DNA of 64,000 bases from Hormiphora californensis (GCA_020137815.1 CM035361.1:2480001-2544000); one strand, 5' to 3'; positions 38,934 through 58,354 are shown, numbered from the stretch's first letter. Numbers and translations are program-made. Notes: a model not told the origin generated them from the letters alone.

Positions 38934-41900
38934 CTATTTCAACATCCCGTAAAGGGATAGGACAATAATAAAAACAATTATAGCTCCAATGACAAACATG
39001 AGAACTTTATTTTGGATAACTCTCCGGTACATGTTGTTAAGAAGTCGGGAACTCTGGGTTAACGAGCTGTCCACGTTGTTTAACCTGGTAGAATTATAGT
39101 ATTAATATGAAGAAGGAAGAAACACAATTCCTAATATCCCGGTTCCAGGAACCGACCGAATCAGGAAATACTGGTCCCTGATTGGCTGATAACCAGTCGC
39201 GTGACCTAAATAAAGAGTTCTGATTGGCTGTTTACTTAATTCGGTCGGTTCCTGCCCGGTTCTAACTGCCCAGTGTCATTTACCTGTTTCGAGCGCTGCT
39301 GATCTTTTCCCTATCCTGTGCTAAGTTGTTCAAAACGTTCTGCCCAATTTCCTCTGTTTCCAGAGCCATACGGTACCTAAACAAACGATATTGATCATTC
39401 ATATTCCCCTAATATTATTTTTTAATCACACACCACCCTCCACATTTATCACTTACCCATCCTCCAGTCGTCTGGAAGACCGCTCTAATCTCTCTGAGTT
39501 GTTAACCATCGTGTTCTTGTGTTCGTTCCCCAGAAGATCACTTCTCTGTTGTTCATGATCCTCAGCGTAGGTAAGCTGTGGGGGGGGAGGTTGTGAATCG
39601 CTGGTGTAGGTGAGATGTGGGGGGAGATTGTGAATCTCTGGTGTAGGTGGGATGTGGGGGGGAGGTTGTGAATCTCTGGTGTAGGTGAGATGTGGGGGGG
39701 GAAGGTTGTGAATCTCTGGTGTAGGTGAGCTGTGGGGGAGTTGTGAATCTCTGTGTAGGTGAGGGGGGGAGGTTGTGAATCTCTGGTGTAGGTGAGCTGT
39801 GGGGGGAAGGTTGTGAATCTCTGGTGTATGTGAGCTGTGGGGGAGAAGGTTGTGAATCTCTGGTGTAGGTGAGCTGTGGGGGGGGGGGGTTGTGAATCTC
39901 TATGTAGGTGAGCTGTGGGGGGAGGTTTGTTAACTCTGGTGTAGTATATTGTGGGGGAAGGAAAATCCTGGTTAGGACCAGTCGGGGAATTGGAATTCTG
40001 AGTAATCGGGGGAGTTGTGATCTCTGGTGCGTTGACCTAAATAAAGGTTCTGATTCTGTTTACTGTAATTCGGGGGGGTCGGTCGTGCCCGGTTTAACTC
40101 TCTAGTGTCATTTACTGTTGGGAGCGTGTAAATCTTGGTCCTATGGTGATAGTGGTCAAACGTTTGAATTCTCTGTTTAGGTAGATAAGGGTACCTTTTT
40201 AGGAAGAAACGATGTTGTGAATTCTTATTGACCCTGAGAATTTAATTTTTAAGTAAATGGGGGAGACATTGTCATAATCTCTGGTGGGGTGGTGTGGGGA
40301 AAAGGGTTGAACCCTCTGGTTGGTGAGCTCGTGGGGTTGTGTTCGTTAGGTGAGCTTGGTCGGGTTGTTCTGATCCTCAGCGGAGGTTGTGAATCTCTGG
40401 TGTAGGTGAGATGTGGGGGGGGAAGGTTGTGAAATCTCTGGTGTAGGTGCGCTGTGGGGGGAAGATTGTGAATCTCTGGTGTAGGTGAGAAGTGGGGGGA
40501 GAAGGTTCGTGAATCCTCGGGTGTAGGTGAGATGTGGGTGGAAGATTGCTGAATTCTCTGGTGTAGGTGAGGCTAGGGGGGGGGGGGGAAGGTTGTGATC
40601 TCTGTGTAGGTGAGATTGTGGGGGGAAGATTGTGAATCTCTGGTGTAGGTGAGCTATGGGGGGGGGGGGGGGGGAGGTTGTGAACCTCTGGTGTAGGTGA
40701 GATGTGGGGGGGGGTTGTGAATCTCTGGTGTAGGTGAGATGTGGGGGGAAGGTTGTGAATCTCTAGTGTAGGTGAGATGTGGGGGGAAGGTTGTGAATCT
40801 CTGGTGTAGGTGAGATGTGGGGGGGGGGGGAAGGTTGTGAATCTCTGGTGTAGGTGAGATGTGGGGGGAAGATTGTGAATCTCTGGTGTAGGTGAGATGT
40901 GGGGGGGGGGGAAGATTGTGAATCTCTGGTGTAGGTGAGATGTGGGGGGAAGGTTGTGAATTTCTGGAGGTAATGGTGGCCACAGATTGGCGGGGGAATC
41001 AAAATCTATGTAATATACGAGAGGGTATAAGTGGCACTGTGGCAGCAGAGGAAGGGGACCCTGTTTTTTGAGTCACGGAGGTGGGAGGAAAGATCGGGTT
41101 CTGCTTCAGATCAATTACATAAGTGGCTGCGACATTTTTGATAAAAAGTCTAGCGCAAGGTGCTTCACAATACGTAACAAAGTGCTAACATCAAATACTA
41201 TGTTACACATAATCTCTCGGTGGGGGTATCACACAGTTGCTTATCTAGTTGCCATCACACGGCCTCACACCCGCATCGGTGCAGAGAGGACATTAATCTA
41301 GTCGCTCATCAGTCATCTGATGACGCATCTCACGCAATGATCACACCAGGAAAAACACACGCCATACACAACACCAAGTTCACATAAAACTGCACTCTTG
41401 TTACACACACACATGCTAAATTGTTGGCAACACATACCTCACTCCCACTGACGTCTCTATACGTCATCTACAGATTGGAATATTGTCTCAACACTGTTGT
41501 ACAGGGTGTTTCAACTTTCAAAATAACTTCACTTCTTCCGATTCTAGAGTACTATAAACACTATTTTATTCCCACATCAACATGTATACACTGAATCATG
41601 TTCACACTTACCCGTGCCTTTCTCAGATTCTTCACGTGGGTGTCATAATCTCTCCTGTAGTTGGCCACATTGGAGACAATCTGGCGACGCTGTTCTCCCC
41701 CTGCACTATGTGATTCGACCTCAATTTGGTCGATAAGGTCACGAGCCTCTTCCAACAGAACTTCTACGTCACCAATCTGAGGAAGTGGAGGGTAATGAGC
41801 CGTCCTTCTACGTCACCAATCTGAGGAAGTGGAGGGTAATGAGCCGTCCTTCTACGTCACCAATCTGAGGAAGTGGAGGGTAATGAGCCGTCCTTCTACG

Positions 41901-43086
41901 TCACCAATCTGAGGAAGTGGAGGGTAATGAGCCGTCCTTTTAGTTTACCAACGAGGAAATGGAGGTAAAGTCCGCCTCTACGTCACCATCTGGAAGTGGG
42001 GGAATGAGCCGTCCTTCTAGCACCAATCAGGAAAGGGAGGTATGAGCGTCCTTCTAACCTCACCAATCAGGAGTGGAGGGTAATGGGCCTCCTTTACGTC
42101 ACCAATCTAGGGAAAGGGGGGTTTGAGCCTCCTTTACGTCACCCAAACAGGGAAGTGGGGGGTAATGAGCCGTTTCTACGTCACCCAAACTGAGGAAATG
42201 GGGGTAAAACCCCTCCTTCCGTCCCAGAGGAAATGGAGGGGAAGAGCCTCCTTTACTCACCAATTGAGGGGGGGAAAAAGGGTTTTTGGGGGAGGGTAAT
42301 GACCGGCCCCCGGGGCCCCCTTCTTCGGGGGGGGGGGGGGGGGGAAAAAAAACATGCTAAATTTTTGTTTTTTGGGGCAAACCCACCAATTAACCTCCCC
42401 CTTTTCCCCCCCACAAACGTCCTTAAAAAATTTAAAATTTACGTTCAAATTTTTTTTTTCCCCCCCCCAAAAAAAAACCCCCTTTTGGGGGGGAATAGGT
42501 TTTACTCCCCAATTTTTCCGTTTACTCCCCTTTTGGTAGGTTGTCCGTTTAGTCACCAAATCAAAATTAATCCTCCTTCTAGGAAAACAAAAAAATAGCC
42601 CCCTTTACTCTCACCAATCAAGGGGGATAGGGGCCCCTTCCCGTCCCCAATTTTAAATGGGGTTTCCTCCCTTTAGTCCCAATTGGAAGTGGGGGTTGGC
42701 CCCTCTAGTCACCAATTAGGGTGAGGTAACCCCCTTCACGCCCCAAAAAACGGGGAAATGGAGGTAATGAGCCCCCTTTCCTACTCACCAATCTGAGGGT
42801 GGAGGGAAATTTAACCGTCCTTTCTACGTCCCCAAATCTGAGGAAGTAGGGTAATGAGCCCCCGCACCCCCAATCTAAAAACTAAATGGGGGGGAAAGGG
42901 GGGGGGGGGGAACAGCTTGGTTAGTTTGGGAAAAAGAATGTTGGTTATTTGACATTGTGATGTTAGACTAGAGCTTACCAAGTCATTCTTCTCCTTTCCA
43001 AAAAGATGGGGAATCCGTCCGATTTTAGCTGTGATATCAGCTGAAATCTCGCTGTACTCTCGTTCAAAGTTGCTTGCACCCGCCAT
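38934..43086 (-). CDS. VTI1A: Vesicle transport v-SNARE Vti1a
   Basis: Five exons: MAGASNFEREYSEISADITAKIGRIP..., LEEARDLIDQIEVE..., NSERLERSSRRLEDG, YRMALETEEIGQNVLNNLAQDREKI, and a C-terminal TM VIQNKVLMFVIGAIIVFIIVL. Confidence 0.92.
39146..39254 (-). mobile_element. hAT-like MITE, full length, 8-bp TSD
   Basis: TIR caggaaccgaccga; perfect TSD cccggttc. Confidence 0.85.
39567..40970 (-). repeat. ~40-bp tandem array of the VTI1A intron2/exon3 junction
   Basis: Unit gtaggtgag(c/a)tgtg(G)naaggttgtgaatctctggt mirrors the true junction cacag|CTTACCTAC at 39575/39576; the middle of the array is noisy. Confidence 0.85.
41761..42880 (-). repeat. 44-bp tandem array of the VTI1A intron1/exon2 junction
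   Basis: Four clean units gacggctcattaccctccacttcctcag|ATTGGTGACGTAGAAG, then increasingly degraded copies. Confidence 0.85.
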
Positions 43087-43413
43087 CTCTTAAACCTCAC
43101 ACCACCATAAGCTAGATACAAGAAGATATAGGGATTAGGGCGTGGTTACAATTAGACACACTTGGTATAACAATTTGTACATCTTGTCATGTATAATTTG
43201 TAGTGCGCGCAGAATTGTTGTACACTCTGTTTGAATTGCTGTGCTGAAATGATAAACTTTGTCGCGTGACTGTGGCAGCGCGTTACACACTATAATTACT
43301 ATTTACAACATCCCAAAATCATCAAGTCCCCCGTGTGTGTATGAGTGTTCGTCAATATACATATTGAGAGTCTCTCTCATACTGAATCTCTCATCAAAAC
43401 ACTCATTTCCAAA

Positions 43414-48982
<5,569 letters not shown>

Positions 48983-49086
48983 AAAATCTAGTACAAAACG
49001 AGGTGATGTAATGGGGACTGTGTGTCAGGGACAATACAACAAAGACTTATAAGAATCATCAATAAATTATGTAGAAAGATAAAACT

Positions 49087-50832
49087 TCAAACTGTTATCA
49101 TCTCCTCATCAACATCGCCCAGTAACTTTTCATGATATTTAAAATAGTTCAGATAGTTCCAGAGAATTGATTTCTTCCGTTCGATCGTGTAGTCTGGATT
49201 ATTCTGGAGGGCGGATATGATCGTCTCCATAAATTTGTGGGTCTCCGGGGGAAATAGCGAGAGATACCTGGATAACAAAAACAAAAAACGTTACAAATGA
49301 TTAATTGAGAAACCCACGAAAATCCACGGAAAAGGATTGAACGACTGTAATTGCAGGATATATTTACTTGACAAGTGATATGTGATCTGTAAAAGGTACT
49401 GCACTTTCCTCCCACAGTAATCGCTCATTATCAATTGGGAACTTTAGCCGCTTATCATCAGTAGAGGACAACTCTTTCGAGTATTGGCAATCTGCTGTCG
49501 ACTCTTCTAATGGATCTAGATTTAAGAAAAAAAAAGAATTAATATGACAGTTAACAAGTAGTTTTATATTTCAACATTCAACAAGTATTGCTCTCACCTT
49601 GTTTTACAGGTTTGAAATCTTGAAGAATCCCCGCAATCCCATCAACTGGTGTTTTCATCGCCTGTAATTCTAAAACGGGAGAAGTGGTGGTTTTAATAAC
49701 GCGAGCTGCATCAATCAAAACGAGGCTAGAACTTGCCTTACCTTCATAATCGTATCCGGAATACTCGCTAATGTGTTCCCCCTTCTTGATCGAAAGTTTC
49801 CTGATAACATTGCTTGAATCAGGTAGTCCTTTTTTTTCAACTGTTCACCCAAAAACTGAAATTTAAAACTTTTGTGGCACGTGCTACACGTTAAAGGGCC
49901 TAAAAACCCAAATTTTATTTATTTATTTTGAACACTCCATCGTAACAAGCATGCTATTGGAGTCCCAAAAAACATAGGCACACGCCACATGGACCCCAGG
50001 TGAGCCCAGGGGGAGCCCCTCAAGTTGGGGCCCATTTGGGGTCGACTTGTAAACGCGCTTGTACTCCTTGAAATGCTAACAATATGATCCTCTCTCAAAT
50101 ATAAAATTTAGGATAGAAATGATCCTTGTGTTTTAGTAGATTTCATCATTTTTCTCATCAATTATTATTTAAGCCTATCAAAACTAGGAGAAAAATTACC
50201 AGATTACATAGACAAGAAAGATTATGTATTCACCTGAAACACAAAGACAATTTTACCCAAAACTTCAAATTTCAGAGAGGATCATATTGTTAGCATTTCA
50301 AGGAGTACAAGCGCGTTTACAAGGGGACCCCACCTGTGCCCCAACTTGAGGGGCTCCCCCTGGGTTCACCTTGGGTCCGTGGGGCGTGTACCTATGTTTT
50401 TTGGGACTCCAATAGCATGCTTGTTACGATGTAGTGTTCAAAATAATTAAATAAAATTTGGGTTTTTAGGCCCTTTAACATGTGATAAACGCGCAAAACA
50501 ATTCCGCACACGACTTTGGGGGTGAACAGTTGAAAAAAATGGAGTATATTAATAAAATATTTCAGCGTCTTCCAGCTAAAAGCTAAAAGATTGTATGATT
50601 GTTCTTATTACCTGTTAAAAAATTCGTTAACACGCTCCTGAAAAGCTCTCAAATCCTTCGCCTTTATCCCACCAGTGTTACGGAGGACCACTGGTTCCTC
50701 AACAACACTCTCGTCCAAGTCAAATGGGTTGTCGTTAAACTCATCCGATGCCAGTCGTGAAGGGGGTAGAACTGGAGATTTCAGAGGTGCCAATCGGCTA
50801 CAAACTGATCTCAATTTCGATGCAACTAGCAT
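49087..50832 (-). CDS. MRPS31: Mitochondrial ribosomal protein mS31
   Basis: Transit-peptide-like N-terminus; C-terminal KFPIDNE...FTDH...FPPETHKFMETIISALQNNPDYTIERKKSILWNYLNYF matches the mS31 pattern. Confidence 0.75.
49895..50474. mobile_element. Palindromic MITE with TTAA TSD (Kolobok-like), nested in a TA-flanked MITE (~49826-50544)
   Basis: ttaa|agggcctaaaaacccaaattttattt...aggccct|ttaa; outer TIR tttttcaactgttcaccc. Confidence 0.75.
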
Positions 50833-50979
50833 TCTGGAGTATTTTATAATGTGTCGTCACGATATAACCGTCTAAAGAAGACTAAGCAGAGAAAACTTTC
50901 GAAAAATAAAATTTCAAAAATTCAAGATTCTGAAAAGTTTGAAAAACTTCAAATGCAAATGCAATTTCAGATTGACGTA

Positions 50980-51150
50980 CCAGCGCGATGAACGGAACAC
51001 GCAAATTAAAACAAAAACTGCACTGCATTTCAGCGCGCGCAGTCGCGCGCGAACCCATAAAGTGTTGGTCTGTGTATTTCATCCAACGCGACCTGCGAGA
51101 GAGCAACGAGGCTCACAGCGCGGTCCAATTAATTACCTTTTGCGGCATGG
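50980..51150. promoter_or_regulatory. CpG/GCGCGC-rich patch, candidate promoter of the minus-strand cluster (divergent from SRF)
   Basis: gcgcgcgcagtcgcgcgcg cluster in otherwise CpG-poor DNA; similar patches at ~38325-38490, ~43200-43285, ~59390-59480 upstream of gene starts. Confidence 0.4.
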
Positions 51151-51467
51151 ACACACTGCCTTTTAGCGTGTTATAGAGATGTGCTGCTATTCGTGCTTGC
51201 TTGGGGTAGGGGTACAACAAATTTGAAAGCTGTGTACCTGGTTCGAACATTGACTAATTCTTGCCAGACAAATTCCAACGTTTTTTGTATTTGATTTCCT
51301 TTTTGTTGCAGGTATTTTAAAGGGTCGATAGTAAGTTGTTAAAATTCAAAGTTCTCTGTAGGTAGGGGGTACGAAGAATCTTTTGTCAGTGCTATCTTAT
51401 TACTCCGTATAGGGTCGCGTAGATGATATTGCCTGAAATGGTGTGTTGCAACCTTACTAGTCGTATT

Positions 51468-51599
<132 letters not shown>

Positions 51600-51805
51600 A
51601 CGCTCTGATTCCCGACTTAGGTAGTTCAGTGCTACCAAATGCTCTACTGTGCCTTCTTTCAGCGTCAACTGCGATGGCTCACCATTACGCCTAATAGAGC
51701 TTTGCACTACTTCCCTTTTTGCAGCTATTGTCGATGTCCCTTATTAGTAAACGTAACCTTAATTGATGTAAACCATCTCCTATACCAACTATATGGGGGG
51801 GTTTA

Positions 51806-51862
51806 TTGGTAATGAAATTCCCCCTCTGCGCTATGCAATAATAGGGGTGACTTCGTAACCAA
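51806..51862. mobile_element. 57-bp TTGG...CCAA element with 9-bp TSD
   Basis: TSD gggggttta on both sides; ends identical to the 3823-4399 element. Confidence 0.8.
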
Positions 51863-52091
51863 GGGGGTTTAGTCCTTATTAGACGAGGATTTTGCAGTCC
51901 CTTTATGTGCAAAGGGGAACCTGCTAATAAAGCGTTGCCGAAAAGAGAATAAGAACTTGCTATAATTGTAGAATTTAGTTGACCTTATCAGTGGAAATCA
52001 CAAAAGCCGCACGACGGATTATTCCTTGATAATATGTTGTCCACCCATCCCAACCCCTCTCCCCCCATATAAAATAATACTACTAGTAGCC

Positions 52092-53161
52092 ATGGCCGAG
52101 CCTGAGTATGAGAGACAGTACAAGAGGCAGTGTACCACATCACCAAGGAAGAAGAAGGACACAAAGAGGAAGAATATCTACAGTAACAACCAACAGGTTA
52201 GGGTTGTCATTTTCATACTTAGTGATGTTAGTGATACTGATAAAAAAGGATATACCAATGGCCACTGCTAACATTTTATTTATTAAACCCAGTCACCATA
52301 TAATAATTAATACATATCTCCCCTATAACTCTGATCACTATCCAGTATTCGCTAACCCCATCCCGCTCCTCTAGACCCGTGATTCCCCACCGCCTCCTCG
52401 AGACATGATCCCCAGGATGGATCAGATCGCCCCTCCACCCCAGCAGAACCACACCATCCCCCCTCGGGAACATATGATGCAACCTCCCTCACCAACCGGG
52501 AACAACAACAGCAGGTAAGGATAGGAAGTTTGTTGTTGAAGTTGGGGGAATTCTCAGGGTGATAAGAAAAAGTAAACTCAATAATACTTGTACATCACTG
52601 AATCCCTAGGTTTACCAAATCTGGGAACATGTCAACTAACCCTCCTCACCCTTGTTAGAACATAACAACCTCACTCCTTCCTCAGAAGGGAGATGCCCGC
52701 CCCACAGTCCGTGCCCCAACCTCCCCAACAACCAGTTGGACAGCCCCAGATCGCTCTGGGAGAGAAGAAAACCCGTGGTAGGGTCCGAATTAGGATGGAG
52801 TTTATATCCAACAAGTTAAGGAGATATACCACTTTTAGTAAGCGGAAAACTGGAATCATGAAAAAGGTAAATTTGTTATTTTGGAATTCTTTAACAGGTT
52901 TTACCGGTTGTTGGTTAATTAAATTGACCTTGAGGGCAGTTCTAGGTCGACTATAATAATTGCATTTATTGTGTGATTTACTGCTCATTGAAACAGTTGC
53001 ACAATAGTCAATAAAGGGGGGGGGGTCAACACCTTCTTAGCACGCCCCTTTCAATAACAATAGCGATGTTTGTTGGAGAGGGGGGCTTCATTATCATTGC
53101 ACACGCTTCTCAAGCCCCTGAGGTGGGAGACCTTTTCCGTCATTCTGTCTCTCTCCCCCTA

Positions 53162-53214
<53 letters not shown>

Positions 53215-56200
53215 ATCTCTCTCTCTCTCTTACAAAAGTAAGTATCTCTCTCACTAATTCCTCTGTCATCACTAAATCCACTAAAATGTCCTGCCAAGCA
53301 GTCAATTAAGGTAAAGGGTCGCCTTGCTCCTCAGGGCTCATGACTTAAAAGGGCCAGAGAAGTATTACAGAGAGTGCGCGAGGGAAGAGAGAGAGAGCCG
53401 GAGAAGTATTACAGTGAGAGAGAGAGGGGGAGAGAGAGCCAGAGAGATATCAATAATAATGAAAAACATCCCTTGCTTGTTTGACATGCATAACATCAGA
53501 GGTGCCCTCTCTACTGAAGCACCCGACCCCGTGGCGCTTCAACCTCAATGTAGGACGCCGTCGAGTCCACTGACATGATTATTAATCTATTAATCAACTA
53601 AAACCCCATTCCCCATCCTGAACTTTCTACGTTTACAACATACAAATATTTTAGGCGTACGAGTTGTCAACTCTAACAGGAACCCAGGTCATGCTGCTAG
53701 TTGCCTCTGAGACGGGGCATGTGTACACCTTTGCAACACCTAAACTCCAACCAATGATTACTTCCGGTTAGTGTGGGGGCCCTGGTTATAGCTATGAGTA
53801 GTGATCATCAGGAAACTAATTAGTGACATGAGATTTCATAGTTTGTAACAACATAAAAGTAGCACAAAACTATAACACATGACTCTGATTGCCAATAAGT
53901 TAGAATACACATATTGTTATAACCCAGTACCCTATTTTTAGAGACTGGAAAGGCGCTGATCCAGACATGTCTGAACTCCCCTGACCCTCCCCCACCCAAC
54001 CGGAACCCTGATGAGAGAATGAGCCAGACAGGGTACGAGGAGACAGAATTGGCATACCCAGTAAACGAAGATGAACAGGACAGCAAGGTAATGACTAATG
54101 AATAGTGAATAGTGAATAGTGACCGGGTAATGGAGTGAATAGTGAATAGTGACCGGGTAATGGAGTGAATAGTGAATAGTGAATAGTGACCGGGTAATGT
54201 AGTGAATAGTGAATAGTGACCGGGTAATGTAGTGAATAGTGAATAGTGAATAGTGACCGGGTAATCATAGTGAATAGTGAATAGTGAATAGTGACCGGGT
54301 AATGTAGTGAATAGTGAATAGTGAATAGTGACCGGGTAATGGAGTGAATAGTGAATAGTGACCGGGTAATGTAGTGAATAGTGAATAGTGAATAGTGACC
54401 GGGTAATCATAGTGAATAGTGAATAGTGACCGGGTAATGTAGTGAATAGTGAATAGTGAATAGTGACCGGGTAATCATAGTGAATAGTGAATAGTGACCG
54501 GGTAATGTAGTGAATAGTGAATAGTGAATAGTGACCGGGTAATGTAGTGAATAGTGAATAGTGAATAGTGACCGGGTAATGTAGTGAATAGTGAATAGTG
54601 AATAGTGACCGGGTAATGGAGTGAATAGTGAATAGTGACCGGGTAATGGAGTGAATAGTGAATAGTGAATAGTGACCGGGTAATGGAGTGAATAGTGAAT
54701 AGTGAATAGTGACCGGGTAATGGAGTGAATAGTGAATAGTGAATAGTGACCGGGTAATGGAGTGAATAGTGAATAGTGAATAGTGACCGGGTAATGGAGT
54801 GAATAGTGAATAGTGAATAGTGACCGGGTAATGGAGTGAATAGTGAATAGTGAATAGTGACCGGGTAATGTAGTGAATAGTGAATAGTGACCGGGTAATG
54901 TAGTGAATAGTGAATAGTGAATAGTGACCGGGTAATGGAGTGAATAGTGAATAGTGAATAGTGACCGGGTAATGGAGTGAATAATGAATAGTGAATAGTG
55001 ACCGGGTAATGGAGTGAATAGTGAATAGTGAATAGTGACCGGGTAATGGAGTGAATAGTGAATAGTGACCGGGTAATGGAGTGAATAGTGAATAGTGAAT
55101 AGTGACCGGGTAATGTAGTGAATAGTGAATAGTGAATAGTGACCGGGTAATGGAGTGAATAGTGGCCGGGAATTAGGGGGCTGGACATTTCTTATCAGGT
55201 TGTGGGACGGCCATTATTATTGACATGGAAATAATAGACACGAGTCCCACACGAGTATACATGAAAACAACAAAACATGGTCAGAATGAGAGCAGTGCAC
55301 CATTATACCACAGCAAGTTGGTAGAATTAGACCAAATCGCGACAATATACTTCCACCCTTCCCTAAATGGTCTGAATAATACTGCAATAATGAATCAGGT
55401 TTTTCAATTCCTTATCCGTCTCGATCTCTCGTTATATTTCAAATCACCTGCAGCTCCCATAAAAAGTTGGAGAGTGATACTATTCATTTTGCACCACACC
55501 GTTTTTAGTCAAATTTACAATTTCTCATTTTAGAATATCACTATACCTTAAGCATACATCCCCCTTGTCAAATGGTATTGACGAGATGTTTCTCAACATG
55601 GTTTTATAGATCCCTTACCTAGAAGATAGAATTATTGAAATCTATCGCGAGATGGAGAACTACGAACACGGGAAAATCGTTTATTGCTTATTTGGGCATC
55701 GCACCGTTCCCATAAAACACCCTCTAATAAAGCTTTTAAAATTCAGCCAATGACAGCTCAGCCATCTCCTCACGTGACCAGGCTGGACCAATAGGATTGC
55801 TGCATTCTGAAAGAGTATGTCGGGTTGAATGGCTAAGGGGGAGGGAAGGCTCTAAAAGCATCGCACTATCTCCGGTTTTAGTGGTGCTGACAAAGTGGTC
55901 CAATGAGAGGGAGTTGTGCAGTCACGTGATATCCGCTCAGCCAATAGGGATGCAGCAAGGGTGGTCACGTGATAGACAGGGAGCCAATAGGAGACGAGCT
56001 GACATGATAGCTGGTTGAATGGTACAGTCTCAACTGCTCCTAATAAAGCCGCTATATATTGGTGCATTAACCTGACCATTTTCTGGCGGGGAGAGAGAGA
56101 GAGAGAAAAAGAGAGTGAGAGAGAGAGAGAGGGAGAGAGAGAAAGAGAGAGAAAGAGAGAGTCAGAGAGAGAGGGAGAGATGGAGAGAGGGAGAGAGTGA

Positions 56201-58354
56201 GAGAGAGAGAGAGTGAGAGAGGGAGGGAGAGAGAGAGAGAGAGAGAGAGAGTGAGAGAGAGAGGGAGAGAGAGAGAGAGGGAGAGATGGAGAGGGAGGGA
56301 GGGAGAAAGTAAGAGGTAGATAGATTACCAATTGAGGGTATGCAAATGAACGATTTTTAACTACGGGATTTATTGGCCTTTTTCAGAAACTATCTACCCC
56401 TGACTTTCATTCACCCTTTTAGGACAAAAGAATGCACGACTCAAGAGCCGTCGAATTTCATCCAATTATGGCTTCAAAGCTAGTCTCATCTAGTCAAATT
56501 TATCCCTTTCTTTTACCAATTCTGTGCCAATATCTCTTTTACATCTCTAAGATCAAATCAGACCTTCTTTGTCACTCGATTTTCTCTTCAATGCACTGGC
56601 TAATTGTTAGTCATGAGCACGTGGTCTGCAGCTTTGTCACGTGACTATATATTGTCACGTGATATTGCTCCAAGAATGCAGAACAGCACTCTCTGACGTT
56701 ACTCCTTCATAAACATAACTTGTGCTCCTTCAAACAACAACTCATTTTCAGGGCCCCAGAGAGAACCACATGTACAACAATTCAAACGATCCCAACCTCA
56801 ACTCTGGTTCTCCTCCCCATTCGTACACAGGTAATGATGAAATGATGACTGAGTGAGCATCATGAGATTTCTCCCTATTTCGATAGAGAAAAAGACAGTC
56901 CTCCCATTCCTTCTCCAGACTAGATTATTAAAATATAATAGGTACTTTCTTCTCATTTACCTCTCCTAACTACCCCCCCCCCCCCTCAGGAATGTCACTG
57001 CAGCATGATAGTTATCCCATGAACATGAACTTTATCCCAGCTACAACAACTAAACCTCCTGATACAAGTAAGACACTAATTGTTAATCTTTCCCGTTATA
57101 TAATTGGGTACAGCACTACGTCAACAAAACCATTATTTAATCATACCAAAACACTAGTAATCACCATCATTCAGCTAATTCACTACAAGCTCAACTTCTT
57201 CATTTGATAAAGTGGAGATCATTGATTACATCATCATCATCTCAAAGTACAGGTTCAAATTGTTTACTCCTTCATAAACATTTATTTTGCTCCTTTATAA
57301 ACAACATTTCCCACATTCACTTCTTGTTGGTTGACGGGTGAACTTTCAGACTCAGAATATTATCAGCCCTGCCACGGTATCTCTGTCTCTATAGTCACGG
57401 TACCTCTAAAGAATACTAACCTTCCTCTCTTCAGACTCCGGTCAGACCTATACAATGTCTGTTCCACCAATGGCCCAACAACAACTAGGCACCTTCGACA
57501 CGATCTTCACCCCACCTGGAAACTACCCTGCCCGGACCATGTCAGGTGAGTACCTCACGGCCATCATTAGCTGTGCTGGTATCACTAAGTGATTGGCCCT
57601 GTGCGTAGGGTCCCCAACAGGGGTTCACGCCCATGGCAACCGCTCTTATCAAACCAATGTCAGGTGAGAGATAGAATGGGAAACAGGTTATAAAGATGGG
57701 GACACTATGTCTCTCGATAACAAGTCTAGTTTCGATACAATGTAGTATCTGGGTCATAATATAATAGGCTCGTAACATCACAATATCTCTGCAGGCGGAA
57801 TGAGTCACGACATTTCAACCCATCTTGTTCGTATGCCAGACAATATAAACCAAAGTGGAGAACCAATGGAATTACAAAGTAAGTTATATCAATATTACTA
57901 ACTGCTAAAAGCATTTAGTTCCGACCCTAATTCTCCTTACTTTTACGAAACTAAGTTTTGCCCTTGATAACACCACCCAACCCCCACCCCCTCTCAGATA
58001 ACCTGGTAACGATTCAGCAGAATAACAACTCACAACAACAGGATGATGATAATAGAGCCTACCTTTATAATCGCAGGTGACATTTTAATTTCTCTTCTCT
58101 AGCTTAAACACCCAATACTTTCTAACTTCATCGTTCCCCTTAACTGTACGTTTTAATTCCTAACTCCCCCTCCCTCCTAATTGTACGTTTTGATTCCTTA
58201 CTCCCCCTCTCCTCTCCTAATTGTATATCTAATTCCTAACTCTTCCTCCCTCCTCAGATCATCCCGGGGTGGTAGTGAAGGTGATGTGAAACACAGGGTG
58301 GTCAAGGAGCAGGTGGAAAGTGATCCAGAGGATAGAGATAATGGTAGTTGTTAG
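52092..58354 (+). CDS. SRF: Serum response factor (MADS-box transcription factor)
   Basis: KKTRGRVRIRMEFISNKLRRYTTFSKRKTGIMKK|AYELSTLTGTQVMLLVASETGHVYTFATPKLQPMITS|ETGKALIQTCLNSPD; the N-terminal exons carry apparent indel errors; last exon ends DNGSC*. Confidence 0.95.
54088..55170 (+). repeat. Compound minisatellite (gtgaata)n-gtgaccgggtaatg starting at an SRF donor
   Basis: Each unit has G|GTAATG, the same hexamer as the true donor AAG|GTAATG at 54087/54088. Confidence 0.9.
55744..55995. promoter_or_regulatory. CCAAT / TCACGTGA cluster in an SRF intron
   Basis: Five CCAAT and three TCACGTGA in ~250 bp; three more CACGTG at ~56617-56662. Confidence 0.4.

Noticed and set aside
39940-40380. 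Degenerate second copy of VTI1A exons and the MITE (a copy of ~39150-39570)
   Set aside because: Blended with minisatellite sequence and error-ridden; consistent with mis-consensus inside the repeat
41940-42920. ORFs and homopolymer-rich sequence
   Set aside because: Low-quality decay of the 44-bp array, not coding
52375-52513. Frameshift or stop in an SRF N-terminal exon suggesting a pseudogene
   Set aside because: The MADS domain is intact and highly conserved; indels in low-complexity C-rich sequence are more likely consensus errors
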